A stretch of 64,000 nt of DNA from Deltaproteobacteria bacterium (GTDB lineage: Bacteria > Bdellovibrionota_C > UBA2361 > SZUA-149 > JADZAE01), in NCBI GenBank assembly GCA_020852715.1, contig JADZAE010000060.1, forward strand, positions 8,786 to 72,785. The letters run 5' to 3'. Under the pieces are notes generated by a model that worked only from the letters and a program-made list of their open reading frames with translations, was not told where the DNA came from and did not search any database. This document shows positions 62,774-64,000 of the stretch, one piece after another. Made by a program: the position numbers and the translations under genes. Position 1 is the first letter of the stretch. Every line of letters begins with the position of its first letter.

Positions 62774-63181
62774 ATGCCAACAAAACTATCAAAACTATTC
62801 TCATCAGGTTCTAGGGTAGAAATTCTGGAGGCACTTTACTACGCTTCTAATGGTCTTGGATTAAGACAAATTGCTGAGCTTTGTAATCTACACGTTCACT
62901 CCGCTGAAGTGGCGCTAAAGCAGCTACACACTGAGAAATTAGTAAAAAGAGCAAAACAAAAACAAAGACTGTTTTATTCACTTAATACCCAAAACGATAA
63001 TTATGAACTACTTAAAAGCATATTTATAACTACAGAGACCAGAAAAATTAGTGCTCGCTCTGCCTTACATACTAACGAAGCAAAGCAGTTAATGAACTTT
63101 ATCGGCGCATCACAGAGCATGATAAAAAAAGCAAGGAACTCATATCATGGAAATAGCCGAGCTATTAAAAAAAACAATTGA
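62774..63181 (+). CDS. Winged-helix transcriptional regulator (possible AbiEi-like antitoxin).
   Basis: wHTH pattern …SRVEILEALYYASNGLGLRQIAELCNLHVHSAEVALKQLHTEKLVKR…. Overlaps the downstream nucleotidyltransferase ORF. Confidence 0.45.
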   Translation: MPTKLSKLFSSGSRVEILEALYYASNGLGLRQIAELCNLHVHSAEVALKQLHTEKLVKRAKQKQRLFYSLNTQNDNYELLKSIFITTETRKISARSALHTNEAKQLMNFIGASQSMIKKARNSYHGNSRAIKKNN

Positions 63182-63425
63182 GCTTACTAAGCCTTACGAA
63201 ATACCGTACGCAATAGCTGGAGGACTTGTCGCTTCTGTTTATAGAGAAGAATACCAAAACACTAACGACGTTGAAATAGTGATAAATCCTTCCAATAACG
63301 GTCTTCAGATCGCTACTGATATCCTGTTAGCACTTAAACTTGAAGTGGGAGTGGCTAGAAAAGCAGACCTTCAAGGTGGCCCTATGGTAGCAATAAACGT
63401 AAAACAACAAAGCCTTGCATGGTGA
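63147..63425 (+). CDS. Nucleotidyltransferase-domain protein, N-terminal part (AbiEii-like?).
   Basis: …YAIAGGLVASVYREEYQNTNDVEIVI… fits the GG-x-A…R-x-(S/T)-x-D-(I/V)-(D/E) NTase motif of AbiEii-type toxins. Confidence 0.4.
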   Translation: MEIAELLKKTIELTKPYEIPYAIAGGLVASVYREEYQNTNDVEIVINPSNNGLQIATDILLALKLEVGVARKADLQGGPMVAINVKQQSLAW

Positions 63426-63814
63426 TAGGCCGCTTTAAAGAGCAACCAAAAGGTCCAGGAGTTGATATACTTCTTTCTACGATTCCTTGGGTTCCTGAAG
63501 CCGTAAGAAGGGCTCAAAATAATTTGTTAGATTTTGGCTTTGGACCCATACCAGCTATCACGGTTGAAGATATAATAATGGCAAAATTTGTTTCCCTAGC
63601 AAACGCATCAGGTAGGGATAAAGACGTTGATGACTTAAAATCTATATTTAAAGCAACAAAAGACATCGACTTAAAATATTTAATTGGCCAGATGACAAAA
63701 CTTGAAGTTGGTGTGCCACCGGCAGTAAATAAAACCGCCCCAGAAATTTTACTTAAAGTGTCTAGAGACATTAAAAAGCAAGAAAAGAAAAGCAAAAAAG
63801 GAATCGAACGCTGA
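63419..63814 (+). CDS. Continuation (different frame) or second subunit of the nucleotidyltransferase: either a frameshifted single gene or two overlapping genes.
   Basis: 7-nt overlap (ATGGTGA) with the preceding ORF. No independent motif recognised. Confidence 0.3.
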   Translation: MVIGRFKEQPKGPGVDILLSTIPWVPEAVRRAQNNLLDFGFGPIPAITVEDIIMAKFVSLANASGRDKDVDDLKSIFKATKDIDLKYLIGQMTKLEVGVPPAVNKTAPEILLKVSRDIKKQEKKSKKGIER

Positions 63815-64000
63815 TTTTCGGTAAATACTTTATCAGATTAGCATCTGCTCTCTGCGAGCAGGAATACTACACTTGTGTTACGCTCGTGCGAAATCGGACT
63901 TTTTGAAGTCAGAGATAAGGGGTACTTTAGCAGCCTGATTAATAAGTTTTCTATGCTGTCTAGCCAAGCATAGATTATATCGTCTAGTAGCTAGAATTTC

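Overview
This is a ~40% GC bacterial chromosomal segment dominated by housekeeping genes with tight start/stop couplings: tRNA-Gln-prs-rplY(ctc)-pth, rpsF-rplI, mdh, ndk, rlmN, uppP, ligA, purM and argH. The gene content suggests a host-associated Proteobacterium, possibly Legionellales-like; this is a guess. A beta-oxidation electron-transfer module (FadE-like acyl-CoA dehydrogenase, ETF-QO, ETF beta and alpha) is followed by an NfeD-flotillin pair. There are also surface/glycosylation genes (three glycosyltransferases, a DsbA-like oxidoreductase, a sulfatase-family membrane protein). Accessory signals fall into three groups. (1) A family of GC-rich intergenic repeats shares a ~40-bp core (consensus roughly cAGTTGTTcGCTnnCGCtCACAACATGGGTnnCGyTTCCAcAA) in at least 5 copies. 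One copy sits between the ETF-QO stop codon and its terminator, flanked by a perfect 18-bp direct repeat. Another is flanked by ~35-bp inverted repeats and a 15-bp direct repeat, i.e. MITE-like. (2) Extensive gene decay: a ~3.6-kb secreted NHL-repeat protein gene shattered into at least 7 frames, a degraded NptA-like Na/Pi cotransporter, an ISL3-family transposase remnant abutting the C-terminal stub of a hydrogenase maturation protease, a VOC/glyoxalase gene with an in-frame TAG, and a 1.4-kb noncoding stretch carrying a signal-peptide-only ORF remnant. (3) Candidate functional oddities: an orphan flagellin-like protein embedded among glycosyltransferases, an AbiE-like wHTH plus nucleotidyltransferase pair at the 3' end of the window, an HU protein with a histone H1-like lysine-rich N-terminal tail, three separate SPFH-domain loci, and tandem paralogous single-TM proteins. 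No CRISPR array and no rRNA were seen. All functional calls rest on motif recognition by eye and need a homology search to confirm.
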